From Eledone cirrhosa (Eukaryota), in NCBI GenBank assembly GCA_964016885.1, contig OZ024745.1:110484001-110548000 (forward strand): a stretch of 64,000 nucleotides of DNA, given 5' to 3'. The position numbers and the translations under genes are program-made. The stretch's first letter is position 1; every line of letters begins with the position of its first letter. This document shows, piece after piece, positions 26,639-39,199 of this stretch. The notes below the pieces were generated by a model. The model was not told where the DNA came from, made no database searches, and worked only from the letters and a program-made list of their open reading frames with translations.

Positions 26639-27752
26639 GTAGTGTTGTGTTGGTGGAGGGAAGGTAGAGGACTGGGGTAGCAAGCCATGCTGTTGAACTT
26701 GATATCAATCCAAGTGACATTTGTCACTTAATCACACAGCTTAACTCTGTTAGAATAAGCAATTTGGAAAATTAGATTTCGTCTCTAATTTTTACTAAAT
26801 TCTTTTTCTTTATATGTTTATCTATTTTATTATTAATTCTTTAATGTGTTGTTGTTTTTTTAGGAGGAGAGTGATTTTTTTTCTTATTGCTTATTTTTTC
26901 GTATTTGTTCATTTTATTTTAAATATGTGTGTATATATATATATATAAATATAAGTGTGTATATATATATATATGTGTGTGTGAGTGCGCGTGTGTGTGG
27001 GGTATATGTGTGTGTATATGTATGTGTATGTGTGTGTGTGTGTTATTTTTTCATTCTTTGTTTATTCTCTAAGTTTTATATTGCAGAAACCTTCTTATTG
27101 ATAAAATGACAGGAATATTGAACAGTACTTTTTTTTTCTTCTTTTATTCCTTTTATTTTTAATTCATTTTTTGTTTTTACTTTCTTTCTTGCTACTTTTA
27201 TTTTTTTATTTATTTTTTCTATTTCTTTTTTAATCATTCCAGTGTGATTGAAGAATTGATTTCTGACAATACATTGCATTTCAAAAAAACAACAAGAAAA
27301 AAAAACAAGAAAGAAAAACAAATGAACCCTCCAACTGCAAGACTTTGGTAGACTTTAAGACTAAATAAAACAAAATAAAACAACTGCAAAATACCCACCC
27401 ACCCACCCCTACCTATTCCTTCCTCCAAAATATAACAAAGAAAAGAAATAACCAGATGAGAATGAGAAAGCTATATGAGGTTGGTTTTCTGCAATAAAGA
27501 TATGAATTATTTATTTAGACTGAAGAATCCTTTTGTAGTCAACAATATTAAGAGAGAGTATTTAATGCAATGAGAGGTTAAGAATAAGAGAGAGAGAGAT
27601 GGATAGTCAGTGTATATATGAAAGACAGAATGAGAGAGAAAGAGTTTAATAGTTAATATGCTTTAAGTGGTGATGTTTAAACTGGTCTATAACATATTTG
27701 CGATCTTATGTATATATAACTAGCACGGAAAAGTGGATGTTAAAAGATGATG

Positions 27753-27790
<38 letters not shown>

Positions 27791-27988
27791 AATTTTAGTA
27801 CAGCATTAACGAAGCTTTAGTTCGCGGCTAAGCTAACGAATGCAAATTCGGTCTGTAGCTTTAGCACTTGGATGGGGAAAAGTACCCCAGCGTAATAACA
27901 ATACGTTTAGACAGCTTAGCAAATCAAATATAGCAATCGGCAGTCCAGCCGCATCACTAGAGCAACGAAAATACAGGACTCAGGAAAA

Positions 27989-28021
<33 letters not shown>

Positions 28022-28280
28022 TATCTATCTATCTCTTTTTCCTTCTCTAGCATGGCAAAATAGATACTAAATGATGATTATAAAGATGTATATATACATA
28101 TTCATTGTGTTATGCTTTTACTGGTATCAGTCATTAGACTGCAACCATGCTCAGGCATGGCCTTTTCAGGAGTTAGTTAATTACATCAATTTCACGATTT
28201 ATCTTTACGAGTCAATCATTTTATTGATAACTTTTTTGTCAAACCATCAATTAATGGTACATAAATTAATGTGTATATAT

Positions 28281-28337
<57 letters not shown>

Positions 28338-28339
<2 letters not shown>

Positions 28340-28731
28340 ATCAAAAGATGGTTAAAGGAGTTCCATGTATTTTAAAACAAACATCATCATGCAATAATAT
28401 TTGTGTTTTCATCAGATAAAACAGGAGGACATGATATGAAGGCTAAAAAACACTTGTGGATAGTGCAGTTTTAAATCAACATATGAAAAGTAGTTTTAGA
28501 TTGATGTGTGATATTGGGAAAAATATTTTATTTAGAGAGGGGGCTGGGGTGGAAAGGATGAAAAAAGGGGAGGAGATGAGAGTGAAGGTGGAGAGGGAGA
28601 GATGGGTGATAGAGAGAAAGAGATAGTTTTTATAACTGAGAAAAGATATATTGTTTTACTTGCATGATGATGTTTGTTTTTGAAATGCGCATAATAAAAT
28701 ACATGGAACTCCTTTAACCATCTTTTGATCT
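28338..28731. mobile_element. MITE/foldback element with long TIRs inserted in (TA)n
   Basis: AGATCAAAAGATGGTTAAAGGAGTTCCATGTATTTTA..AAACAAACATCATCATGCAA is present as an inverted pair, with TA on both flanks. Confidence 0.8.
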
Positions 28732-28824
28732 TATATATTATATATACTCCAGTCCTACAAACTGTAGAGTGCTTCTTATCCGATATCTGCATTGCTTTAT
28801 TGTACTACAATAAAACTCACCTCC

Positions 28825-28860
<36 letters not shown>

Positions 28861-28957
28861 ATAGGCTTTCACAGAGTTTCTGTATACCAAATTTTACTCC
28901 TGGAATAATGTGCCAGGTTCATGAATCTTGGGAAATAACCAAAAAAATATGATTGTG

Positions 28958-29336
28958 AATACAAGCAGCCAAAGTGGGGTTCCTCGAAAGGGTCTTCGGA
29001 GTAACATTACTTGATAGAGTGCATAGCTCAGAGATCAGAGAGTCACTCCAGGTAGAGCCGATACTTCTCTGAATTGAGAGCTCACAGGTCCAATACTACA
29101 GGCATGTGGTTAAAATGTCTCAAGACAGACTGCAGAGGCAAAACCAAATGGCAGGAGATCCAAGGGTAGACCTTGAGAAAGATTGTTGCATAACATCCAT
29201 GAGTTGGGCTGGTCTCACTTGGGGATGCATCCAGATCAATTGGAGATTGTTACTTCTGGCAGGACCTGCTGGAAGGAGTGTTTGAAGACTGCCATCCTCT
29301 CAGGAATAAATGGATGAAGAAGAAGAAGAAGAAGAA
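28958..29336 (+). mobile_element. Rex3/Expander-like RTE 3' fragment with (GAA)n tail
   Basis: QAAKVGFLERVFGVTLLDRVHSSEIRESLQVEPILL*IESSQ. Related fragments at ~38340-38650 (-), ~40600-40790 (+) and ~45998-46095 (+). Confidence 0.8.
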
Positions 29337-30959
29337 TATTACCAAGAGTTCAGCTGTTGCTGCTACCAAAGATGACTAAGCAAGTAGATCTGTGGCCAAA
29401 ATTATTTCATTCATGGTCATCACATCTTTAATCAGACACTTATCTACAACCATATCATCCAATGTGTTTTTACCTCTTTTTAATAAAAATAAGTTGGTAT
29501 GATGTGATTTGTTGAAGATTTGGCTGCTATTTCAGTTTAACATGAATGACGATGATGATGATGATAATAATAATAAAATACAAGTTGAAGGAAAAGGAAA
29601 AGAAAAAAGAAAGGAAAAGGAGAAAAAGAAAAGAAAGAAAAACAAGTTTTCTATGATAATTCTATGTAGGAACTTATACGTTATGCTCCATATGAGAAAA
29701 TTAGTTATAATACTAAATCTCTCCAATTTCTTGATTATTTTCAAAATTATTTGAAAATCATAGACAGAATCGTTCATTATAAATATGGCTATGAGAGGGT
29801 TAAAGATTTAAAATATATGTGGGAGGAGGTATGCACACTTTCTAAACAGAGAATTTCCCAAATCTTAACAGGACAGAACCATAATCGATCAACTATTTCT
29901 TCTTGATCACAACTACTCATTGGTATCGTAAGATCAAATAGTTGGTGATGATATTGAATGAGGAAAAACATTTAGAGGGTGATACAATCTACTAAAGTCA
30001 GACAAATAACAGACAGTAGACATGTGAAGAAAATTAGATTAGATTTAGGAACATAAAAGAATGGTGACTGATTCCATTGACTTTTGAAGTTAAGAGTAGA
30101 AAAATAGTTGCTTGGCATGACATTAAAATATATGAAAGCTAGACAGTTAGAGACTAACAGGAAGGACATTCCAATATCTTGAGTTCTAGACAGAGAAATC
30201 TCAGTCACTAAATCTTCGTTTCGAAAAAAGGAAGTTTTGTTTAGTGTAACATAATATGAAAGCAGTTAGATGTATTAATAAATAAAAACACACACACACA
30301 ATATATATATATAGTGTGTGTGTGTGTGTGTGTACATACATACATACATAAACACACACAGACACTATATATATATTTGTGTGTGATGTGTGTATTACAG
30401 AGATTTATCTAATAATTTGAATTATGGAAACCTTGTCTTCATACGTATTATCATCATTGTTTTAACATCTGCTTTCCCTGCTAGCAAGGGTTGGCTGGGT
30501 CTACCATAATGAAGCTTGGTCAGTGATCTGCATCTTGCTTATATATATTCTCACATTCTACCAAGTGCACAGGAGAGGTTGTCATATCTTTGACACAACT
30601 GAAGAGTCTTCCCAATCCTTTGTTTGTCAAGCTTTTGATGACTGGATGCCCTACCTATCACCAACCACTTTATAACAATTTATGTATAAATTTTGTTCAA
30701 TACTATCACAAAATTTATGCATTACTTACATTCCACCATTGTCAGCCTTCACCTTATTGATCCAAGTCAAAAGTAAACCTAAACAATAACTACCCTGTAT
30801 CGTGTAAATCACCAACATTAGAGAAGTTGTCATGACCTTCACATGACTGAAGGGCACTTCCAACTATTATTTTTTCATGATGAGAACACTCAGTGCCCAA
30901 AACAGTAGGTGTAGTGATGGTAGAGAGAATAGCTAAGGAGTAATAGAGGAGGGGATGCA

Positions 30960-31610
30960 GAGAGTAGCTAGAAGAAGTGAGCACAAAGAGCACAAGTGAA
31001 TTAGATTCCTTCAGTTGCCAGGGAGGCTCGCTAGAAGTAATTGACAGCTTTTGTTACCTAGACAATCAAAGTAGTAGTTGGGGAAGGATGCGTTGAAAGT
31101 GTGATAGCTAGGATAAGAACAGGCTGGGAGTAGTTTAGAGAGCTAATACCTCTGCTGAAAACAAAGGGCTTTTCTCTCAGAGTAAAGGGTAGACTTTATG
31201 ATGTCTGTGCGTGAACTGCAATACTACATGGTAGTGAAACATGGGCCTTGACTGCAGAAGACCTGTGGAGGCTAGAAAGAATTGAGTCAAGTATGTGCCA
31301 ATGGATATGTAATGTCAGTGTGCATAAATAGCATAGCATAAGAAAACAGCAAAAAATTGATATCAGAGGAATTGGGTGTAGTGTGCAAGAGAGAAGAGTG
31401 CATTGGTATGGACATGTAATGCATAAAGAAGACAGCTGCATAAAGAGATGCAGAGAAATACCAGTAGCTGGGACCTGTGGAAGAGGCAGACCAAGAAAGA
31501 CATGGGGTTAAGTTGTGAAGATGAACCTTAAAAAACTAAACTTCAGAACATAAATAACAAAGGACCACAAGGGATGGTGATATTCTGTTCTGGTCAAGAC
31601 CCGGCCTACA
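30960..31610 (+). mobile_element. RTE LINE C-terminal fragment
   Basis: EVIDSFCYL..ARIRTGW..FRELIPLL..LHGSETWAL..WYGHVM..GRGRPRKTW, with stops. Confidence 0.9.
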
Positions 31611-31977
31611 GCATACAATGTGGCCTGACTTATCCCCCAAATCAGCCCTGATCAAATAGATCAATGATCAAAATCATTATAGGTATGACTATCCAGTCTT
31701 TTCTCTAGCCATGTGAATTTATAACTACATCAGGGCCCATTCTATTGAAAATATTTAGGACACATTTCTGGCTTGAGAAGACCCTCCCTCTCACCAACCC
31801 GGTGTTGAAAACCACAGAACAGGTCATAAGCACTGCCATTTTTTCTAAGTGATAAAAATAGGTATCCTTCCTATTTTATTTTAAAATAGCAGCTAAAGTT
31901 AAATCTGAGGGAGATTTGGATGTTGTTTCTAGTAACCTGAATGATTACACAGGTCACTTGGTTATAAGCTGATGGCC

Positions 31978-33122
31978 ATATGTATGTAACAAACTTTTCG
32001 CCAAATGGCTGCACCAAACAGCACCAAATTTGCACCATAGATGTAACTTTTTCCAAGTAAAAAGTGAGGGGTATTTTTGTCTACTGAATGTTGTGAAAAG
32101 ATTAAAGACATTATTTAAATATTCACTTCTTTAAAATTTCAAATGTCAACACTTCCGGATATATGACATTCCTCACTCTTTCTTAGACTGTCTTTTTAGA
32201 TAGATACATAGCTATGACGTCACGCCCTTATAATATGTCTCTGTATGTCTAGCTGTCTACATTAGATACATAGCTATGACATCGCACAACATTCCTCTCT
32301 TTTTCTTAGTCTGTATTTTTAGATAGATACATATCTATAACGTTGCTCCCTTATAATATGTCTCTGTATGTCTGGCTGTCTGCATTAGATAACGTTTTTC
32401 AAAATATTTACTACTGCGTTCACAGATTGATTTTTTTTTTAGTTTCAGAAGATCCCGTTAAGGGTGAAAGCAGCGATTCTTTGCTTAGACTTCTGTTATT
32501 TTAATATATATTTAATATATATCTGTTATTTTAATATATATATTCGTGTACAGATATTTTTGCATACACAAAAACAAAATATAAACAAACCTATTTATTT
32601 TACGAAAGCACAGACGGCTTATCGTCATTGTTACTACCGATATGCCACCCAAAAAGTCCCAGCCTGGCCACAAGATCAGATTTTCCAGAAGAAAAAATGT
32701 TACGAGAGCAAGAGAGTCTGAAGATGATCATGAACATCACCTTCAGCAGATGAGGACTCAAGCAAGAGCCATTCGATCAGCCCAGTCTCAAGAGCAGCGC
32801 CAGTCTCGCCTTCAGCAACTGAGGTTCTGTGCTGAAGGCAGGAGAGCAACACAGACAGAACAAGCCAGATTGGACCAGGTGAGTTCACAAACTGATTGCA
32901 TCCACATTGCATTACAGCATCAGTGTGCCATACAGGTCCTTGCAAAACTGAGTCCGATTTTTAACTATTCAAACCCAACATCAGAACACGTTTAAACCCC
33001 CCACCCCACCCACGCTGACTTGAGAGGGAGTGCAATATCTTTGCACTGGAGTGGAGGGAGGATTCCTGAAAAGATAAAATGCCGGTATACCTAGCCGGGC
33101 GCCAGCCGGACAGGCCAGCTAG
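31978..33122 (+). mobile_element. non-autonomous Helitron
   Basis: 3' terminus with GC-rich hairpin CCGGGCGCCAGCCGG, then ACAGGCCAG-CTAG|T. Helitron-like 5' region (true 5' TC end not seen). Internal ~123-bp duplication at 32165-32390. Confidence 0.75.
32642..32995 (+). CDS. 117-aa ORF resembling the basic/STPR-repeat N-terminus of Helitron RepHel proteins
   Basis: MPPKKS start; repeats RARESEDDHEHHL / RSAQSQEQRQSRL / RATQTEQARL at ~22-aa spacing. No Rep or helicase motifs follow. Confidence 0.6.
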   Translation: MPPKKSQPGHKIRFSRRKNVTRARESEDDHEHHLQQMRTQARAIRSAQSQEQRQSRLQQLRFCAEGRRATQTEQARLDQVSSQTDCIHIALQHQCAIQVLAKLSPIFNYSNPTSEHV

Positions 33123-33904
33123 TATCTATATAATGATAGGCAGATCCTGACACACTGTATCTTAGAGATTTTAAACCTGGTGGAGCCCATATCTCTCCAG
33201 GTCAGAACACAGATGATTTCTTAGAGAAGGAGAGATGGGAGAGAAAGAGAAGGAAAATGATAGAAGAAGAATGATAAAAGAAGGTAGAAGAATGTTAAAA
33301 GAAGAATTACCTTAGTCAAAGGACCGGTACTTTATCAAACTTAAAAGTATGAAAAGCAAAGTTGTCTTCCATAAAATTTGAATTTAAAATGCAGTGAGCC
33401 AAAACAAATACCAAGGAATTTTGAATCCAATACTCGAATGATTCTGCTAATTCCACACATTTGTATAATCATAGTATAGCATTCATTACATCATTTCTAA
33501 TGCCTATGATTTTCAAATTTTGGAAGTAATCAACCAGCTGGAGGAACTTAGTAAAATGACTTCTCCATTATTAAGGTGGAGATGGGACATAAAGACTCGT
33601 ACATAAAATTATGAAGAAAATATTGTAGATCTTCTTCTTCCTGCACAAGAATTAGTCTCAGATTGTTATCATTCACCTGATGAAGATCAGAGATCCCACC
33701 ACAAAGAGATCGATAAACTTGGGGTCCAGGTTTTTAGATAAATAGAAACACTTTAAAATAAACAGCTTTGTATCACAGAATCAGGGATAATTTCAGACAA
33801 TTTGGTTTGAAAAGGGTTAAACTAACATTCTGAAGATAATTGATTCTATATTACATTGTGAAATTGAATGTAACTTCAATTCCAAAACTTTGTTACTGGG
33901 CTTA

Positions 33905-34185
33905 TCATTATCATCATCGTTTAACATCCACTTTTCACGCGAACATGGGTTAGACAGATTGTCCCATTAGAGGCAAATTGTATCAGGTGACCATGTCTTG
34001 CTCATATAGGACTGTTTCTGGCTAGATTTCTTTGGCTGGATGCCCTTCCTAATGTCAACCACATTTACAGTGTGTGCTGGGTGCTTTTTGTCATGACTCC
34101 TACACGACCACTTTACAGTTTGGGCTGGGTGCCTTTTGTCGTGACTCCTACATGATCACTTTACAGTGTGGGCTAGGTGCTTTTA
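33905..34185 (-). mobile_element. headless RTE-tailed element with 3 internal repeat units
   Basis: CATCATCATCGTTTAACATCC..CATGGGTTAGAC, GGATGCCCTTCCTAA. Near-identical copy at 63172-63440. Confidence 0.8.
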
Positions 34186-34439
34186 TTATGAGAATTATTT
34201 GCATATTGTTTAATATGTTGTTTTTATAGCTGTTGCTACTGTTATTGTTGCTGTTGTTGTTGTTTTCTATGTCTCTTTAAATAAAAATTTTACAGAATAA
34301 AATGATATATCATCCTTCCAAATATTTACTTATAAAGAACTACCTAAATCAATGCTAGAAACAAACAGTACAAAATTATCAGTTGGTGTTGGTATGCTAT
34401 TTTGAAGTTGGTGTTGTGCATACTGTGGTAGCAATTGGA

Positions 34440-34900
34440 GCATTAATGGTGGTGGTGGTGGTGGTGGTGGTGCTAGTTGTTGTTGCTTGTGGTGGTGGTG
34501 CTGCTGCTGGATGTGATATGTTATTGGTGGTGGTGATTGATGATGATGCTGGCAGTGATAGTTGTGGTGGTGTAGATTATTGATGATGATGGTGGTGGTT
34601 GTGGCTGATGTTGGTAGCAGTGGTGGTGATGGTTGTGGCTGATGGTGGTGGTGGTGATTGTTATGGCTGATGGTGGTGGTGGTGGTGGTGATTGTTATGG
34701 CTGATGTTGATGGTGGTGATGGTGGTGGCTGATGATGGTGGTGGTGATGGCTGGGGTTGATGTTGTTGATGGTAGTGGTGGTGGTGGCTGATGCTGATGT
34801 TGGTAGTGGTTGTGGCTGATGTTGATGATGAGGATGGTGGAGATAGATAATGTCGTTATTGGTGGTGGTGATGGTGGTGGTGGTGGTGATGGTGGTGTCT
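34440..34900 (+). repeat. (GGT/GAT)n low-complexity repeat
   Basis: Directly visible. Confidence 0.9.
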
Positions 34901-35596
34901 GATGTTGTTTCATAAGATGGAAGACATCCTGTACACCATTCAATTTATTATTGACTGATTTGCTCTCTACCCTTTAAACAGAATGCCAAATACCCCATGC
35001 TTGGCAATCAGAGGAAAGATTTGAGATTATAAACTTTATAGCATCACTACACAAACTTTTATTTCTTTATTCATTTATCTATTTTAGTAGTATATAAACA
35101 GTCAGAAGTATGACAATGTGTTAGTTTCTCTATGAAATATCTATTTTTCATAATTATATATATGTGTAAAAATGCTAAATATATAGAATATGTATATTTA
35201 ATATTGATGTATGTATAGCTTGACTTATTTACCTCATGTCAAATACTCTCAGCTATCTTTACAATATTATGTATACTGCTCAGAAATAGGAATATTTTCC
35301 TTGTTACTTTGATTTTGTTTTTCTAAAATTAACACACCAAGAGGATGTTCTCCTTACATCTATGCAATATCGGTTAATATTTTTATGCAGATATTTTATG
35401 CACCTTTTGCTAGATAGTTATTTACTCTCAATGTTGTGCTTTATATGTGTATTACTGTAAACATAATATAGCAGTAGTTCAGTTATTTAAAGTTTTATTT
35501 GGTTTTGATAAATAATGCAGAGTTTATTTTCTTGGAACTGTACTTGCTTGGCAAGTAATTTGATCTGAGGTCATCTTTTGAAAATAATCAAGGATA

Positions 35597-36059
35597 TAAT
35601 TTTAGCTATTCAAAAAAACAAAAAACAAAAAATAAACATGACCTTTAAATTCACTTTAAGTTTATCATTTATTTCTTGATGTCAAAATTAATTTTCACTG
35701 CATTGTGTAACTGTGTTAATGACCAGGTCGCAAATGTTAATCGTGGGGTTGAGAAGATGTGCCTCAGTGTGAGTGTGTGTCCGGGAAACATAAATATACA
35801 CCAGGTCCAAACACAAAAGGTACCAAACTCCCATTGTCACCGCCTCCATCTCTCCCACTCTCCCCATCTCTCACTATTATGAGCAAATGGGGGCCCACAC
35901 ACTGGCTGCCCAGTAGACACATGTTAATACACAGTCGCACACATACACAGCAACACAGACATACAAATGTGACAAAAATATATTTTGACAATAAGAAATA
36001 AATGATAAATGTAAAGTGAATTTAACAGTTTTAGTTAGTTCTTTGAATGGCTAAAATTA
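35597..36059. repeat. degenerate inverted repeat (arms ~35597-35690 and ~35981-36059)
   Basis: TTAAATTCACTTTA..TTTATCATTTATTTCTT..TGTCAAAAT mirrored on the opposite strand. Confidence 0.7.
35760..35918 (-). mobile_element. CRE-clade retrotransposon 3' UTR fragment
   Basis: GGGCCCCCATTTGCTCATAATAGTGAGAGATGG..TTTGTGTTTGGACCTGGTGTATA matches the 3' UTR at 49910-50030. Confidence 0.75.
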
Positions 36060-37559
36060 CTCATACATGATGTAATTAATTTATTTTTTTAAATCAGATA
36101 AATGTTTGTGTCTAGCAATCAGTCAACACTAAAAAATATGTAATTTATTTTAAGTTCAATCTTTACAAATTACAACTGATTTTCATGCTTTAACAATTCT
36201 CAAGTGATAAAAGAAACAATATACAAAATTATAACCATTGAACATGAAATGTACTAAGTCATTTGAAATATTTTAACAAAACTTTCACTTTTTATGAAAC
36301 AAAGATCATAATCATTATTATTCAAATTATAAGGTTTTGCATGTTTAATATATTTTAAATAATTTTATAGTTTTTAATACATTTATGTTTTAAAAACCAT
36401 GTGAACTTCAATAAATTTGTGTCAAGTGATCTCTGAATGTATATTTACTTTGATTATATTTTAACTTAAAAGAATGGTTAGTCAAGCCATTATAGTTAGA
36501 GAAACTGAATCATTATCAGTAAATATTTTCAACTAACAATTTCAAAATATATAAATAACTTAATGGGCAATTTATGGTATTAAAATAACTGCACAAATGA
36601 GAAGAATTGGATATAGATAGATGTTGAAGACCTTTGCTATTAATATTTGCTATGTCTGTAGCAAAATTATGTGTACTATTAATTCTTAACATTATTCATA
36701 CAGAAATTTTGTAACAACTATGATTGTTTTTTTTTTTTTGTTTTTGTTTTTTCAGAAAATATCTAATTAAGTTTTAAAAAAAGGTTTAGCAATATTTGTA
36801 TTATCATTAAGACAGCATAGAGATTTATTTAAGCAAATCATTTTACAGTTTCTATTCATCCATCTATAAGAATTAATATTCTTATTATTGTTTATATGAA
36901 TAATTTCTTTGTAAGACCACGGCTTGGTAATAATTGTAATATGGTAAAATTTAAAGACCAGTTAGCTCACAAATTTCTACAGAGTCGAGGCCATCCATTC
37001 CTATATCAAAATATATTTATTCAATCATAAAGTATTATAGAAAGAAGCTATCTTTCTTGCATGATTATTTTGATATCAGAATTACAGACTTCATAGCATA
37101 AGATTATGTCCCTTTATGTTCTGATTTCAAAGCTTTGGCTTTCATCCTTATGAGGTTGATAAAATAAAGTACCAGTAACATTCTGGGAACAATTTAATCA
37201 ACTTTCTCCTCCCCCAAAAATTGTTGGCCTTGTGGCCTAAATCAGAAACCGTTATTACGAGTGATCAAACCTTCTTTAGAATAAAGAAGTATTTTCTTCC
37301 CAGTAGAAGCAATAGCTCCTTGAGACTTCTTTAGTTTGAAAGATATGATTTCAAGAAAACCAACCCCTCTGCTATATCTATAGAGCCTTCCAGGCATTTG
37401 AAAGAATTTAGTTCATGGGTTCTCTTATTGCTATATTGCTAATTACTCCTGTGCATCTCTTACATATAGAGTCGTCCTCCTCCATCAGCCTGCTTGTGAT
37501 CTCATTGCATCTCCAGTGCTTTTGTAGTCTACATTTGACAATTATATATATAATATATA

Positions 37560-37616
<57 letters not shown>

Positions 37617-37708
37617 ACCCATACACACGCACATATATAAACACCCATACATACACACATATATATATATAAACACCCATACACACACATATATATATAA
37701 ACACCCAT

Positions 37709-37739
<31 letters not shown>

Positions 37740-37741
37740 CA

Positions 37742-37781
<40 letters not shown>

Positions 37782-37979
37782 CACATAGAAAGAAGAGAGA
37801 GAGGTGTGAAATGTATGTACACATATTGACAGGCATATGAGTATTAGTATATTACATGTGAGGGAATATTGGAAAGTCTGTATTTGTATATCGTATAACT
37901 GTATATATCCAGTTTTAAACTCTTGAAAGCTCCAATTAACTTTTGTTCAATACTATCACAAAATTTATGCATTACGTAC

Positions 37980-38044
37980 ATTCCATCATCATCAGCCTTC
38001 ACCTTATTGATCCAAGTCAGAAGTAAACCTAAACAATAACTACC
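37980..38044 (-). CDS. candidate 65-nt exon GSYCLGLLLTWINKVKADDDG (signal-peptide-like)
   Basis: Acceptor ttttttacAG, donor GTACGT, single open frame. Second copy at 30730-30794 with GTAAGT donor. Confidence 0.3.
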
Positions 38045-38953
38045 CTGTAAAAAAATATCTTGTTACACAACTTGCCAAGTTTCACAAGTAAAGAAAAACA
38101 TAAAATTCAATATACCTATTTACTTAATACTTTAGAATATTCACTCTTTCATGCCAGAAATGGGAGTATGTGTAACACATCTAATCCAAGCAGAATGCTA
38201 TTAAGCTTAATTAAAATATATGTTCAATTATATTGTTTTACAATGAAACTAAATTGATTATATTACCTTTATGTAATAATAGCAGCTACTTGTTACAGAG
38301 GTCAAATTAATGACACAGTAATAGTTTGCCAGTCTTCTTTGTCTACTTGTTCCTGGGAAGCTCGTAGGAACAGATACCTCAAACATGCCTTCCAGAGGGT
38401 CCAGTCAGAAGCAACTGTCTTTAATTGATCTAGCTGGATCCTCAAGTGAGACCAGTCAAGCTCATGGATGTTATCTAACCATCTTCTCGTGGCCTATCCC
38501 AAGGTCTCCTGACAGTTGGTTTTGCCCATATAATCTGTCGTGTGAATCTTTCCTGAGACATTCTGACCATAGGTTTGTAGTATCAGAGCTGTGATCACTC
38601 AATTCAGAGAAATAGCAGTTCACCCTTGAGCAACTCTCTGATCTCTGCACTAGAAACTAATTACCAGTAGCTTATAGTGTAGAGTAAACAAATGATCCTC
38701 AATGCAGTTTGAATTCTTAGTTGTAGTAGATTTCTTTATTTAACATTGCTGTTATCTTTATGAAGGATTATCAATGTCACACAATACCATTTGTATGTAT
38801 TATTTAAATTTACAAGAAACTTTGTACATTTGCATGATAGAGAAAAATTGATAAATGCTGTAGCACCTAGGGGTCATTGTCACATGATGTGCACTGTGCT
38901 GCCATACTGAGCCGACCACACCTGCTTAAGCAATATTGCAAAATAAACATAGC

Positions 38954-39199
38954 TTAACCTTTTCATTACCATTTTTCTAATGAAATACACTACCTATAAT
39001 TTTTTAGATAATTCTGAAAATCATCACAAATTTTATGGTATTAACAAAATACAACAAACTTTCTTATTATTAAACTGACGTTTGGAACTTACTTAAAATT
39101 ATGGTAGAATGTTTTTAGATAAACATAATCACTAAAATAAATGACTTAGTATCATAGAACCAAAGGCAGTTTGAGAGAGTTTGTTATCAAAAGGGTTAA
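38954..39199 (+). mobile_element. piggyBac-type MITE, family B (most complete copy)
   Basis: TTAA CCTTTTCATTACC ... TGTTATCAAAAGGG TTAA. Diverged copies near 4130, 5110, 11483, 12672, 13350, 14855, 15281, 15961, 29690, 33480 and 62854. Confidence 0.75.

Noticed and set aside
24078-26720. Long Cys/Val/Thr/Asn-rich and Tyr-Ile-His ORFs (metallothionein-, mucin- or keratin-like appearance)
   Set aside because: They are translations of GTT/ACA/TA-CA repeats, open in several frames and on both strands, with no splice or codon evidence.
33677-33720. CTGATGA motif as another hammerhead (also 40551 and 62478 on the minus strand)
   Set aside because: No correctly placed GAAA box with stem III and cleavage triplet.
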